From: Acidobacteriota bacterium
Lineage (GTDB): Bacteria > Acidobacteriota > G020349885
Assembly: GCA_020349885.1 (NCBI GenBank)
Contig: CP070701.1
Coordinates: 1,270,512 to 1,334,511 of the forward strand
Direction of reading: 5' to 3'
Length of the DNA stretch: 64,000 nt
The first letter of the stretch is position 1. Each line of letters opens with the position of its first letter. This document shows, piece by piece, positions 1-10,100 of the stretch. The notes beneath the pieces are model-generated. The model was given only the letters and a program-made list of their open reading frames with translations. It was not told the origin of the DNA and ran no database searches. The position numbers and the translations under genes are program-made.

Positions 1-943
1 GCCGCCGTGCCATTCCCGCGGCCGCGCCTGCCGCCGCGAGCGGAACGCCGAAATCGCGTATCATTCGTTTCGCCAGGGCCGAAAGAAGCGTCCCTATCGC
101 GAAATGGGATTCCTTCATGGTGCTGTAGGGGCCAGCTTCCCATTCGAACATCCTCCACACGACCACTCCGACAATGTCCCACAACGCATCGTGCCAGCCC
201 AGAAGCCATGCGTTCCTGGCAAGAATCAGCGCCGTGGCCGCGGCGGGTGCGGACAGCAGAAGGGAAAATTTTCTCCATGACCATTTTTTGCGAAATGCAA
301 TCACATAGCTCCAAAAGAACAACTGGGAATAAATTGCGTACGTGTGTTGCGTGTAGAGCATCTGAAGCACAAGGAGGAGCCAAAGCAGCGGCCAGCCCCA
401 CTTTCCCGCTTGCGGGCAATTTTCCAAATGGAGCCACAGCGCAAGCGGCGCGAAGAGGAAAATGGGAACGTAGGAATGGAAGGTCAGGCTGTCGCCGTAA
501 AGGTACATCGTGGGAGTCCATGCGCAGAGCCACGTGGCGAGGAGGGCGACCGGCGCGGAGACGGCCATGCGCAAAAACACGAAGAAGGCGACGACGCCCA
601 AGGCGTAGACCGCCGAGCCGAGCCAGCGGAACGGCGCGATATCCTGCATTCCAAGCCGCCGGAGCAGTCCGTGCGTGAGAAAGGAAAGAGGCTGGGAGTG
701 CACGTAATAGACGCGATACGCTGGGGGAGTTGCTTCGAGCGGGGAGATTTGAAGGTAGGGCGCGAGGCGGTGTTTAAGGAACCCGTCGCGGGCGAAGTGC
801 TCGCCGGCAGTAAGCGCGAGGGCCTCGTCCCAGCCCGCGCCGTAATCCCGCAAGGGCTCGTCCGCCTTGCGCGCCATGGCAAAAAACACCAAGACCGCAA
901 TGCCTATGGCCGCGAGAGAGGCGCGTTTTTCCAAGGCCCTCAT
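1..943 (-). CDS. integral membrane protein, C-terminus beyond window edge (function unknown)
   Basis: ATG at 943 on the minus strand. I hand-translated the frame down to nt 2 without meeting a stop (MRALEKRASLAAIGIAVLVFFAM...LGVVAFFVFLRMAVSAPVALLATWLCAW...). It has several hydrophobic helices and GC-rich third positions. It is absent from the ORF track because it runs off the window. Confidence 0.55.
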   Translation of the reverse strand, partial: MRALEKRASLAAIGIAVLVFFAMARKADEPLRDYGAGWDEALALTAGEHFARDGFLKHRLAPYLQISPLEATPPAYRVYYVHSQPLSFLTHGLLRRLGMQDIAPFRWLGSAVYALGVVAFFVFLRMAVSAPVALLATWLCAWTPTMYLYGDSLTFHSYVPIFLFAPLALWLHLENCPQAGKWGWPLLWLLLVLQMLYTQHTYAIYSQLFFWSYVIAFRKKWSWRKFSLLLSAPAAATALILARNAWLLGWHDALWDIVGVVVWRMFEWEAGPYSTMKESHFAIGTLLSALAKRMIRDFGVPLAAAGAAAGMARR

Positions 944-992
944 GGGTCGCAACGTGGAAGCGGCGAGTCTGCTTGCTTGCTGGCGTGGTGCA

Positions 993-1964
993 TCAGGTGC
1001 GCCTTCGTTCCCAGTTCCTCCATGTGCCGTAGGACGAGGGGAAGAGATAGCTCCACGCGAGGTAGAGATAGGCGCGCAAAAAGAAAGGATAAGCGCGGAT
1101 GGATTGGCGGAGCACCCGCCGCGCCTCGTGCAGGTTCCGTCGATTCTCCGCACATTGGGCCAATCGCTCGCGTCCGAGGCGCAGCTTCTCTTTTCCCACG
1201 GCACGTCGGTAAATCAAGGGATGCTCGCGGACAAACTCCGGGTGCTCGCGCTTGAGTTTTTCGAGAATGCGAAGCCAGTGCTCGGCGTTTACGCCGCGGT
1301 CACCGCTCAGGTGGCCTTCGTGGACGCGGCGCCGGACTAGCGGCTCGGGGTGCAGAACCATCGGCACGTGGAACGAGTAGCGTATCCACATCTCGCAGTC
1401 CACGGCCGAGCGCATGCTCTCGTCGAAGCCTCCCAGGGCGTCGAGCCATTTTCTCCGCACCACGGGCGGGCGGCCGCAGCCCACGCCCGTGTCCTTTGAG
1501 ACCATGCTCTCGGGAGTGAAGAAAAGGCCGGGCGAGCGCTTCGTGTGGACGCGTTTCAAGAGATTGCCCTGCTCGTCCATCTCGCGCTCCGCGACGAACA
1601 CCGCGCCCATGTCCGGGTGTTTCTCAAAGGTTCTGAGGACCCCCTCGATCATCCGGGGCTCCCAGCAGTCGTCCGAGTCCAGAAACGCGACGAACTCCCC
1701 GCGCGCCTCGCGTATGCCCCGGTTCCGGGCCGCGGCGAGGCCGCGGTTTTCTTGCCGCACGTAGCGAATGCGCTCCATGTAGGGCTGAAGGACGGTTTGA
1801 GTGTTGTCCGTAGAGCCGTCGTCCACGACGATTGCTTCGTAATCTTTGAAAGTTTGAGCGAAGACGCTTTCCAGCGCTTCCGCGACGTAGCGGGCACGGT
1901 TGTACGTGGGGATGACGACGCTAACACGAGGAGCGGGCAGGCGGCGCTGCGGAGAAACGCTCAT
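993..1964 (-). CDS. family 2 glycosyltransferase
   Basis: GT-A motifs VSVVIPTYNRARYV, DDGSTDNT and FLDSDD (DxD). 4-nt overlap with the upstream ABC gene. Confidence 0.85.
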   Translation of the reverse strand: MSVSPQRRLPAPRVSVVIPTYNRARYVAEALESVFAQTFKDYEAIVVDDGSTDNTQTVLQPYMERIRYVRQENRGLAAARNRGIREARGEFVAFLDSDDCWEPRMIEGVLRTFEKHPDMGAVFVAEREMDEQGNLLKRVHTKRSPGLFFTPESMVSKDTGVGCGRPPVVRRKWLDALGGFDESMRSAVDCEMWIRYSFHVPMVLHPEPLVRRRVHEGHLSGDRGVNAEHWLRILEKLKREHPEFVREHPLIYRRAVGKEKLRLGRERLAQCAENRRNLHEARRVLRQSIRAYPFFLRAYLYLAWSYLFPSSYGTWRNWERRRT

Positions 1965-3763
1965 GCATTCGCGGCCTCTTTCATGAACTGCAGTTCATAA
2001 AGCTCCCGGTAGAGAGGACAGCTTTTCAGAAGACTCTCATGGGTTCCCTGGGCTACCACCCGCCCCCGGTCCATCACCACGATGCGGCCGGCGCGGAGCA
2101 CCGTGGCGAGGCGGTGGGCGATGACGAAGGCCGTCCGCCCTTCCAGAAGCCGCTCGAGGGCCTGCCGGATGGCGGCCTCGCTTCGGGCGTCGAGGTCGCT
2201 CGTGGCTTCGTCCAGAATCAAGATGTCGGGATTCTTCAGAAGTGCCCGCGCGATGGCGAGGCGCTGCCGCTCGCCTCCCGAAAGCAGGTGCCCGTTTTCC
2301 CCGATCATGGTCTCGTAACCTTGCGGCAGCTCCGCGGCGAATTCGTGGACGTTGGCGTGGCGCGCCGCGGCCTCGACCTCGTGCGGGGCCGCGTCCCGGC
2401 GCCCATAGCGGATGTTGTTCGCGACCGTGTCGTCAAACAACTGGGTCTCCTGGGGAACGATGGCGATGCGGCCGCGAAGCGACGCAAGCGTGCAGTCACG
2501 GATGTCGTGCCCGTCGATCTCGATGGAGCCTTCCGTGACGTCGTAGAAGCGGGGCAGGAGATTGACGAGGGTGGTCTTTCCGGCGCCGCTCGGGCCGACG
2601 AGCGCGATCGCCTCGCCGGAGGCCACGGAGAAAGATACGTCGCACAGGGCCCGTGTTTCCGCTCCTTCGTATTGGAAGTCGGCGTGTTTGAACTCGATGC
2701 TCCGTTTAACGCCTTCGAGTTCGACGGCTCCGGGGCGCTCCCGCACGCTCGGCACGGAGTCCATCATCGTGAACAAGCGCCGTGCCGAGGCCAGCCCCGT
2801 CTGAATTTGGTTGTTGGCGTTGCTGAGATGCTTGAGCGGGGTGTAGATGCTGAACATGGAGGCCAGGAACGCGGCGAGATCCCCCGTCGAGAGCGCCCCG
2901 CTGGAAATCTTCATGTGTCCTATCCAGATGAGCCCCGCCGCCAGAAGCCCTCCGCCGAATTCCATCAGCGGCGACGATATGGACTGCACGCGCGTGGCGC
3001 GCACGGCCAGCCGGCGCAGGCGGGTGTTCATATTCTGGAAGCGTTCCACTTCGTAGGTCTCCATTAGAAAAACCTTGACGATGCGTACCGCCGCCAGAAC
3101 CTCCTGGAGGAGCATCGTGAGGCCCGAGAGCTGCTCGAGGGTTCGGCGGCTTGTCTTTTTGAGGCGCTTTCCCATCCGGTAGATGAGCGCAAAGGCCACC
3201 GGCCCTCCCAGGGAAACCGCCAGGGCAAGCGCCCAATCGTAGTAGAGCATCACGCCGAACAGCACCAAGATAGTAAGGAACTGCTGCAACAGGGAGATGA
3301 GATTGCCCGTGACGGCTACCTGGACTTGGTTGGCGTCGTTGATCAGGTGGCTGATCAGGTTGCCCGTGGGGTACCGGTGGTGGAAGGAGAGCGACTGGGT
3401 CTGGTAGGTTCGATACAGGTCGTTGCGGACGTCTTCGACGACGTGCTGTCCGGCGCGCCCCATGAGGTAGCTCGAAAAGTACGCGAACAGGCTTTTGAGA
3501 AAGGCCAGGGCCACGAAGGCCGACAGGATATAGACGAGGTTGGAGCGAACGTCCTCGGCCACTCCCAGGCCTAGGCGGTTGAGCATCTCGGCAAATTTGG
3601 TCGATGTTTCACCCCTCGAAACAAGGAGGTCGTCGAAGATGAATTTCACGATGGCCATGTAGGCGCCGGTGCACATCGACACGCCCACCATGCTGGCGAT
3701 GGCCAGGGCCACGCGCTTTCGGTAGGGTTTCACGTAGCGGAGCAGTCGGCGGAGATCGTTCAT
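1961..3763 (-). CDS. ABC exporter, fused permease/ATPase (MsbA-like lipid/flippase type)
   Basis: N-terminal 6-helix TMD, Walker A GPSGAGKTT, signature LSGGERQR, Walker B ILILDEATS. Start taken at MNDLRRLLRYVKPYRK (ATG 3763) rather than the ORF-track start 3883. Confidence 0.85.
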   Translation of the reverse strand: MNDLRRLLRYVKPYRKRVALAIASMVGVSMCTGAYMAIVKFIFDDLLVSRGETSTKFAEMLNRLGLGVAEDVRSNLVYILSAFVALAFLKSLFAYFSSYLMGRAGQHVVEDVRNDLYRTYQTQSLSFHHRYPTGNLISHLINDANQVQVAVTGNLISLLQQFLTILVLFGVMLYYDWALALAVSLGGPVAFALIYRMGKRLKKTSRRTLEQLSGLTMLLQEVLAAVRIVKVFLMETYEVERFQNMNTRLRRLAVRATRVQSISSPLMEFGGGLLAAGLIWIGHMKISSGALSTGDLAAFLASMFSIYTPLKHLSNANNQIQTGLASARRLFTMMDSVPSVRERPGAVELEGVKRSIEFKHADFQYEGAETRALCDVSFSVASGEAIALVGPSGAGKTTLVNLLPRFYDVTEGSIEIDGHDIRDCTLASLRGRIAIVPQETQLFDDTVANNIRYGRRDAAPHEVEAAARHANVHEFAAELPQGYETMIGENGHLLSGGERQRLAIARALLKNPDILILDEATSDLDARSEAAIRQALERLLEGRTAFVIAHRLATVLRAGRIVVMDRGRVVAQGTHESLLKSCPLYRELYELQFMKEAANA

Positions 3764-3883
3764 GAGACTTTCGTTGAATGTCCCTGTTTGGCTATATAGA
3801 AAGACCATTTTACCATACCCGCCTGCAACAAGGCCGGTGGGAAGCTGTCGGCCTGCCTGAAAATTCGCAATTTCCGGAACCAT

Positions 3884-4273
3884 GTGCTATGCTCAGACAT
3901 TGGAGGCTGTATGGGAGCCAAAACCTTAGCGCTGGGACTCATTGGGCTGACGGCAGGCATCTATTTTACGCCGCTTTGCACCAATCTGGAGATGCTGGTC
4001 GTAAACAGCAAGCTGGGCACCTGCATGTGCTCCATGGAGGCCTGTTGCGAGGCCGAGGCGCCAGAGACCAATTGCTGCGAGCTGACCACCCTGGTGCTAG
4101 AGCGGCGCGACGCCGTCTCGACCGAGGCGCCCGTGCTCCCTCCGCTTGCGCTCGCGAGCCTGGAATTCCCCGTCCTGAGCGCCGAAGTTCGCCCCGCCGC
4201 GAACGTTCCGGCTCCCCTCTTCCAGGCGGGCGACCTTTCCCCTCCTCCCCTTTCTTCTCCCCTTCGATTGTGA
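3884..4273 (+). CDS. small Cys-rich hypothetical protein upstream of the metal efflux operon
   Basis: The ORF-track frame has a hydrophobic N-terminus (LALGLIGLTAGIYF), a Cys cluster CTN..CMCSMEACCEAE..NCCE and a Pro/Leu-rich tail. GGAGG at 3902-3906 precedes an internal ATG at 3911, so the start is uncertain. Co-directional with cusC. Confidence 0.4.
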   Translation: MLCSDIGGCMGAKTLALGLIGLTAGIYFTPLCTNLEMLVVNSKLGTCMCSMEACCEAEAPETNCCELTTLVLERRDAVSTEAPVLPPLALASLEFPVLSAEVRPAANVPAPLFQAGDLSPPPLSSPLRL

Positions 4274-4279
4274 TTTCCG

Positions 4280-4376
4280 ATCCTTCGTGCGCCCCCGACG
4301 GCGGTGTGGCTGTCTTTATGTTAAAATAAACTAAGGTGCACGAAGGATTTCTCTTTCATGGGTCCGCACGTGCGGA
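4280..4376 (+). promoter_or_regulatory. candidate promoter/operator region of the cus operon
   Basis: An 11-bp inverted repeat, ATCCTTCGTGC (4280-4290) / GCACGAAGGAT (4338-4348), brackets an extended -10-like TGtTAAAAT (4319-4327). A perfect 14-bp palindrome TCCGCACGTGCGGA (4363-4376) follows, just upstream of the cusC RBS AAGGAG. Confidence 0.35.
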
Positions 4377-4418
4377 TTCCCCTGAGCTGGAATTAACAAT
4401 TGGCAAGGAGTGATTTTT

Positions 4419-5723
4419 ATGAGAAAACGGATCGTTTTGACAACGTGGCTTGCGTGCGCCGTCCCGCTCTTTGGCGGGTCGACCGGAGAGGCGTCTCCGC
4501 CTGCCCCGGCGGACCGGGGGCCGGTGCTCGACGACCTCGTCGAGGAGGCGCTACGCAACAACCCGGATTTGCGGCGCCTCGCGGCCGAGCTCGACGCGCT
4601 CGAAGCCGTGCCGCCTCGGGCGGGGGCGCTGCCCGATCCCCTGTTGATCGCACACGTTCGCAACGTCTCGTTCGACGACTTCACCCTCGGCGAGGAAGAA
4701 ATGACCATAGCCGGAGTTCACGTGTCCCAGAAGTTCCCTTCGCCGGGCACGCGCTCCCTCCGGTCAGAGGTGGCGCGAATCGAGATGGAGCAGGCGCAGC
4801 TGCGCTACGAGGCCGAGCGCCTTCGCGTCGAGATGCAGGTGCGGACGCTCGTCTTCGACCTTTTGTATCTCGACCGGGCGGAGACCGTTCTGCTTGAAAG
4901 CAAAGCGTACCTGCAAAGCATGACCGAGGCCGTGAACGCCCAGTACGCCACGGGGCGCGGCATCCAGCAGCATGCGTTCCGCGCCGAGGTGGCGCTTTCA
5001 GAGATCGGGGAAGAGATCTTCGCGATTCGGCAGGAGCAAGAGTCCGCGACGGCCCTTCTCAATCGAACGCTCGGACGCTCGCCGTTCATGCCCCTCGGGC
5101 GGCTGGAAACTCTCGGGGAAAGCGCGCTCTCGTATTCCCTGGAAGAGCTGGAACGCCTCACCGAGAGCTACTCGCCCGCCATTGCCGCGGCACGCCTCGG
5201 TGTGGAACGAGGGGACGCTGCGCTTCGGCTCGCCAAGCGGGAACGGCGGCCCGATTTTGTCATCCAGGGCGGCTACTGGAATCGCGGCGGGCTGGAGCCA
5301 CTGTGGGAAGCTTTCATCGGCGTCGAAGTGCCGCTCTACGCACGGAACAAACAGCGCCGGCAAATTGTGGAGTCCGGGGCCCGCCTGGGAGCGAGCGAAG
5401 ACGCGCTCGAAGCCAAGCGACTCGAGGTGTTTTACGAAATCCGCGACGCCTACGAGCGGCTACGGCGCGCCGAGGAGACGCGCAACCTTTACCGCGACGC
5501 CCTGATTCCCCAGGCCCGCGCGTCGCTTCGCTCTTCGGAGAGCGCCTACGCCGTCGGCCAGGTGGACTTCGACGCCTATCTCGAAGATTTCCTCGCGCTC
5601 CTTCGCGCCGAGTTGAACGAGATGCGCGAATGGACGGATTACGAAAAACAAATCGCGCGCCTCAAAGCGCTCGTCGGCGTTTCGGTGTCGCAGCCAAAGG
5701 TGGAGGATCGCCATGACGGGTAA
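4419..5723 (+). CDS. cusC: outer-membrane efflux protein, TolC/CusC/CzcC family
   Basis: Signal peptide and the typical OEP N-terminal motif (LDDLVEEALRNNPDLRRL). Size and position ahead of the adaptor and RND pump fit the family. RBS AAGGAG (4404-4409) favours ATG 4419. Confidence 0.8.
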   Translation: MRKRIVLTTWLACAVPLFGGSTGEASPPAPADRGPVLDDLVEEALRNNPDLRRLAAELDALEAVPPRAGALPDPLLIAHVRNVSFDDFTLGEEEMTIAGVHVSQKFPSPGTRSLRSEVARIEMEQAQLRYEAERLRVEMQVRTLVFDLLYLDRAETVLLESKAYLQSMTEAVNAQYATGRGIQQHAFRAEVALSEIGEEIFAIRQEQESATALLNRTLGRSPFMPLGRLETLGESALSYSLEELERLTESYSPAIAAARLGVERGDAALRLAKRERRPDFVIQGGYWNRGGLEPLWEAFIGVEVPLYARNKQRRQIVESGARLGASEDALEAKRLEVFYEIRDAYERLRRAEETRNLYRDALIPQARASLRSSESAYAVGQVDFDAYLEDFLALLRAELNEMREWTDYEKQIARLKALVGVSVSQPKVEDRHDG

Positions 5724-5919
5724 GAAAATTTTTCCGCTTTTTGTTCTGGCACTTGCGCTGGGAGCGGCGGCGCTCTCGGTGACGGCCTGCAAGGGCTCGC
5801 GGACCGCCGAACAGAGCACTCTCTACCACTGCCCGATGCACCCGACATACACCTCCGACCGTCCCGGGGAGTGCCCCATCTGCGGCATGGACATCGTGGA
5901 GGTGGAGCAAGAGCAGTAA
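5713..5919 (+). CDS. lipoprotein signal peptide plus heavy-metal-binding domain; probable N-terminal piece of CusB cut off by an in-frame TAA
   Basis: Lipobox SVTAC, then YHCPMHPTYTSDRPGECPICGMDIVE (HMBD motif). Same frame as 5950..7095, separated only by TAA at 5917-5919. Confidence 0.6.
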   Translation: MTGKKIFPLFVLALALGAAALSVTACKGSRTAEQSTLYHCPMHPTYTSDRPGECPICGMDIVEVEQEQ

Positions 5920-5949
5920 GAAGGGGAAGCCCCACTGTACCACTGCCCG

Positions 5950-7095
5950 ATGCACCCGACCTACATGTCGAACCAGCCCGGGGCGTGCCCCATCTGCGGC
6001 ATGGACATCGTGGAGGTGGAGGAAGAAGGGCACGGGGGGCACGAGGACGACGCGTCCACACCCGAAGGGTACGCCACGGTGAAGCTCAGCCCCGAACGCC
6101 AGCAGCTCATCGGCGTCCGCACGGCGGCGGTGGAGCGGCGCGCCCTTACGAAAAAGCTCCGCACCGTGGGCGTCGTTCAATTCGACGAGGATCGCATCTA
6201 CCACACGCACCTTAAAGTCAACGGCTGGATCGAGGAGGCGTTCGTCACCTACGAGGGACAGAAGCTGTACAGGGGACAACCCCTGTTCACCCTATACAGT
6301 CCCGAGCTGTTCGCCACGGAGCAGGAGTTTGTCCTGGCGCTTGAGACTGTGCGGAAAATCGGCAAAGGCGAGCAGAGCGAGGCCGCGCTGGGCGCGCAGG
6401 CCATTCTTGAAGCCGCGCGACAGCGCCTCCAGTTGTGGGACATCGAGCCGCGCGAGATCGAGCGCCTCGAGAGTACGCGCAAGCCGCAGCGGGCGGTGAC
6501 GTTCCATTCCTACATGGACGGCTTCGTCGAACGCATCACCATGCGCCACGGCATGTACGTCACGCCAGAAATGGAGCTGTTCTCCCTTGCCGACCTCTCG
6601 TGGGTGTGGGTCGAGGCGGCCGTCTACGAATACGAGCTCGGCCTGATAAAAGAAGGTCAGAATGCGTGGCTTACGCTCTCGTACTTTCCAGGGCGGCGTT
6701 TCTACGGCAAGGTCATCTACATCTACCCCACGCTGGACGCCAAAACGCGCACGGCGCGGGTGCGGTTCGAATTTGAAAATCCGGAGTTTCATCTCAAGCC
6801 CGACATGTACGCCAACGTGAACATGGAAATTCCGCTGGGCAGGGCGCTCTCCGTACCGCGGGACGTCGTCCTGGACACGGGCACGCGCAAGATCGTGTTT
6901 GTGGCCCTGGGCGACGGGAGATTCGAGCCGCGCGATATCACCGTAGGCCGCGAGGCCGAGGGATACTACGAAGTGCTCGGCGGGCTTCGTGAAGGCGACG
7001 AGGTGGTCACGAACGCCAACTTCATGATTGACTCCGAGTCGCGCATCAAGGCCGCTCTCGACCAGATGACGGCCGGCGGACACGAGGGGCACTAG
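5950..7095 (+). CDS. cusB: efflux RND periplasmic adaptor (CusB/CzcB-like) with N-terminal heavy-metal-binding domain
   Basis: Second HMBD copy (MHPTYMSNQPGACPICGMDIVE), then membrane-fusion-protein body (barrel-sandwich/beta-barrel regions) between cusC and cusA. As drawn it lacks any signal peptide. Confidence 0.8.
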   Translation: MHPTYMSNQPGACPICGMDIVEVEEEGHGGHEDDASTPEGYATVKLSPERQQLIGVRTAAVERRALTKKLRTVGVVQFDEDRIYHTHLKVNGWIEEAFVTYEGQKLYRGQPLFTLYSPELFATEQEFVLALETVRKIGKGEQSEAALGAQAILEAARQRLQLWDIEPREIERLESTRKPQRAVTFHSYMDGFVERITMRHGMYVTPEMELFSLADLSWVWVEAAVYEYELGLIKEGQNAWLTLSYFPGRRFYGKVIYIYPTLDAKTRTARVRFEFENPEFHLKPDMYANVNMEIPLGRALSVPRDVVLDTGTRKIVFVALGDGRFEPRDITVGREAEGYYEVLGGLREGDEVVTNANFMIDSESRIKAALDQMTAGGHEGH

Positions 7096-7108
7096 AGGAG
7101 GTCGTGCC

Positions 7109-10100
7109 ATGATCGAGCGCGTCATCGAGTTCTGCGCGCGCAACCGCTTCATCGTGATCCTGTGCGTGGCGGCGGCGGCCGTCTACGCCGCCTGGAGCCT
7201 CGAGCAGATCCCACTCGACGCCATCCCCGACCTCTCCGACACGCAGGTCATCGTCTACTCCAAGTGGCCGGGACGAAGCCCCGACATCATGGAGGACCAG
7301 GTGACCTATCCCCTGGTGACGGCGCTCCTCGGCGCCCCCCGCGTCAAGGACATCCGAGGGTTCTCGGACTTTGGATTCTCTTACGTCTACGTCCTGTTCG
7401 AGGACGGCACGGACATCTACTGGGCGCGGAGCCGGGTGCTGGAATATCTCTCCAAGATTATTCCAAGCCTTCCCGAGGGCGTTCAAACAGAATTGGGTCC
7501 CGACGCCACGGGCGTCGGGTGGGTGTTCGAATACGCCCTCGTGGACCGAAGCGGAACGAACGACCTTTCCGAGCTGCGCTCCTTCCAGGACTGGTACCTG
7601 CGCTACTATCTCCAGGGCGTCGAAGGCGTGGCCGAGGTGGCGACCTTCGGCGGCTTCGTGCGGCAGTATCAGGTCACGATTGATCCGAACCTGCTGCTGG
7701 CGCACAACCTTTCCGTCACCGACGTGGGGCGCAGGATTCGCGCGAGCAACAACGAGGTGGGCGGCCGCCTCCTGGAGTTTGCCGGCACGGAGTACATGGT
7801 GCGCGGGCGCGGCTACATCCAGAGCATCGAGGACCTCGAGCAAATCGTCATCCGCGCCAACCCGCAGGGCGTGCCCCTCCTTTTGAGGGACATCGCCAGG
7901 GTTCAGCTCGGCCCCGACATCCGGCGCGGCGTGGCCGACCTCGACGGCGAGGGCGACGTCGTGGGCGGCATCATCGTGATGCGCTACGGCGAGAACGCCC
8001 TGACGGTCATCGAGCGCGTCGAGGCGCGCATCGAGGAACTGCGCGAGCAGAAGGCGTTCCCCGAAGGCGTCGAGCTCGTCGTGACCTACGACCGCTCGGA
8101 GCTCATCAAGAAATCCATCGCCACGCTCACGAGGACGCTGGAGCACGAAATGATCGTGGTCGCCGTCGTGATTTTCCTCTTCCTGCTTCACGCGCCCTCG
8201 TCATTCGTCCCCGTCCTGACGCTCCCCGTGGCCGTGCTGCTTTCGTTCATTCCGATGCTGTGGATGGGCGTGGGAAGCAACATCATGTCGCTCGGAGGCA
8301 TCGCCGTGGCCATCGGCGCGATGGTGGACGCCGCCATCGTGCTCGTCGAAAACACGCACAAAAAGATCGAAGCCTGGCGCGCCGAAGGAGGCGGCAAGGG
8401 CGACTACCGGGAGGTCATCATCGAAGCCGCCAAGGAAGTGGGAAGGCCGGCGTTCTTCGCGTTGCTTGTCATCGCCGTGGCGTTTATCCCAATCTTCGCC
8501 CTTGAAGAACAGGAGGGCCGGCTCTTCAAGCCGCTCGCCTACACCAAGAACCTCGCCATGCTCATGGCGGCCATCCTGGCGGTTACGCTTTCGCCGGCCG
8601 TGCTGCTCGCGGTCACCCGCCTCAAGCGCTTCGCCTTCCGCCCGAGGTTCCTCGCCGCCGTCGCCAACGCGGTGGTGGTGGGAAAAATCTGGAGCGAAGA
8701 AAAGCATCCCGTGAGCCGCCTCCTGCACCGCCTGTACGAGCCCGTCGTCAATTTCGTCCTGCGCTGGCCCAAGGTTGTTATTCTGCTTGCCGCGCTTGCC
8801 GTGCTCTGCACGGTGCCCGCCTATCTCCAGCTCGGGAAGGAGTTCATGCCGCCGCTCAACGAGGGGAGCATACTCTACATGCCGACGACCCTTCCCGGGA
8901 TCTCCGTGACGGAGGCCATGCAGATCCTGCAGACGCAGGACAAAATTTTCCGCGGGTTTCCCGAGGTGGAGCGCGTGTTCGGAAAGATCGGCCGCGCGGA
9001 CACTTCGACCGATCCGGCACCCTTCGCCATGGTCGAGACCACGGTTCTTCTGAAGCCCCCGAACGAATGGCGCAAAAAGGAACGCTGGTACTCCTCGTGG
9101 GCGCCGGAGTGGGCTCAAGCCGCGCTTCGCCCCGTATGGCCCGACCGCATCTCGTGGGACGACCTGGTGAACGAGCTGGACAGGGCCATGCGCTTCCCGG
9201 GCTGGACGAACGCCTGGACGATGCCCATCAAGGCGCGCATCGACATGCTCACGACGGGCGTCCGCACTCCGGTGGGAATCAAAATTATGGGCTCCGACCT
9301 GGAGGAGCTAGAGCGCATCGGCGAGCAGGTTGAAGCCGCGCTCCATGACGTGCCGGGCACGCGGAGCGTCTTCGCCGAGCGCGTGGCCGGCGGCTACTTC
9401 TTCGACTTCGACCCGCGCCGCGAGGAGCTCGCGCGCTACGGCCTCACCATAGACGACGTCCACGACGTCGTCATGGGCGCCATCGGCGGCCAGAACGTCA
9501 CCACGACCATCGAGGGGCGCGAACGCTACCCAGTGAACATCCGCTACCCGCGCGAGCTGCGCGACGACCTCGCCCGCCTGGAGCGCGTCCTCGTGAACAC
9601 GCCGTCGGGGGCAAACGTTCCCCTCGCGCAGCTAGCCGACCTTCGCTACACGACGGGGCCGGGCATGATACGAAACGAAAACGGCATGCTCGCCTCCTAC
9701 GTCTACGTGGACCTCGACATGGCGAAGCGCGACGTGGGCTCCTACGTGGCCGACGCCAAGCGCGCCGTGAACGAGCGCGTGGACCTGCCCGAGGGCTACT
9801 TCCTGCGCTGGAGCGGGCAGTACGAGTCCATGGAGCGCGTGAGGGAAAAACTCCTTCTCGTCGTGCCGATTACGCTCTTTATCATCTTCATGCTCCTCTT
9901 CTTCAACACGCGCTCCGTGGCGAAGACGCTCATCGTTCTCCTCGCCATTCCCTTCTCGGCCATCGGGGCGATCTGGCTTCTCTACGCCCTCGGTTACAAC
10001 CTTTCCATCGGCGTTTGGGTGGGTCTCATCGCCCTCCTCGGGCTCGACGCGGAGACGGGCGTCTTCATGCTGGTCTACCTGGACCTGGCCTACGACGAGA

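Noticed and set aside
7046-8191. Long antisense or out-of-frame ORFs throughout the window (e.g. 7046-8191 -, 11331-12659 -, 13911-15134 +, 16132-17388 +, 20114-21256 +, 42599-44014 -, 56844-58427 -).
   Set aside because: They overlap strongly supported genes on the other strand or frame. Their translations are Arg/Gly/Pro/Ala-rich low-complexity strings typical of shadow ORFs in GC-rich DNA, and none shows a recognisable family motif.
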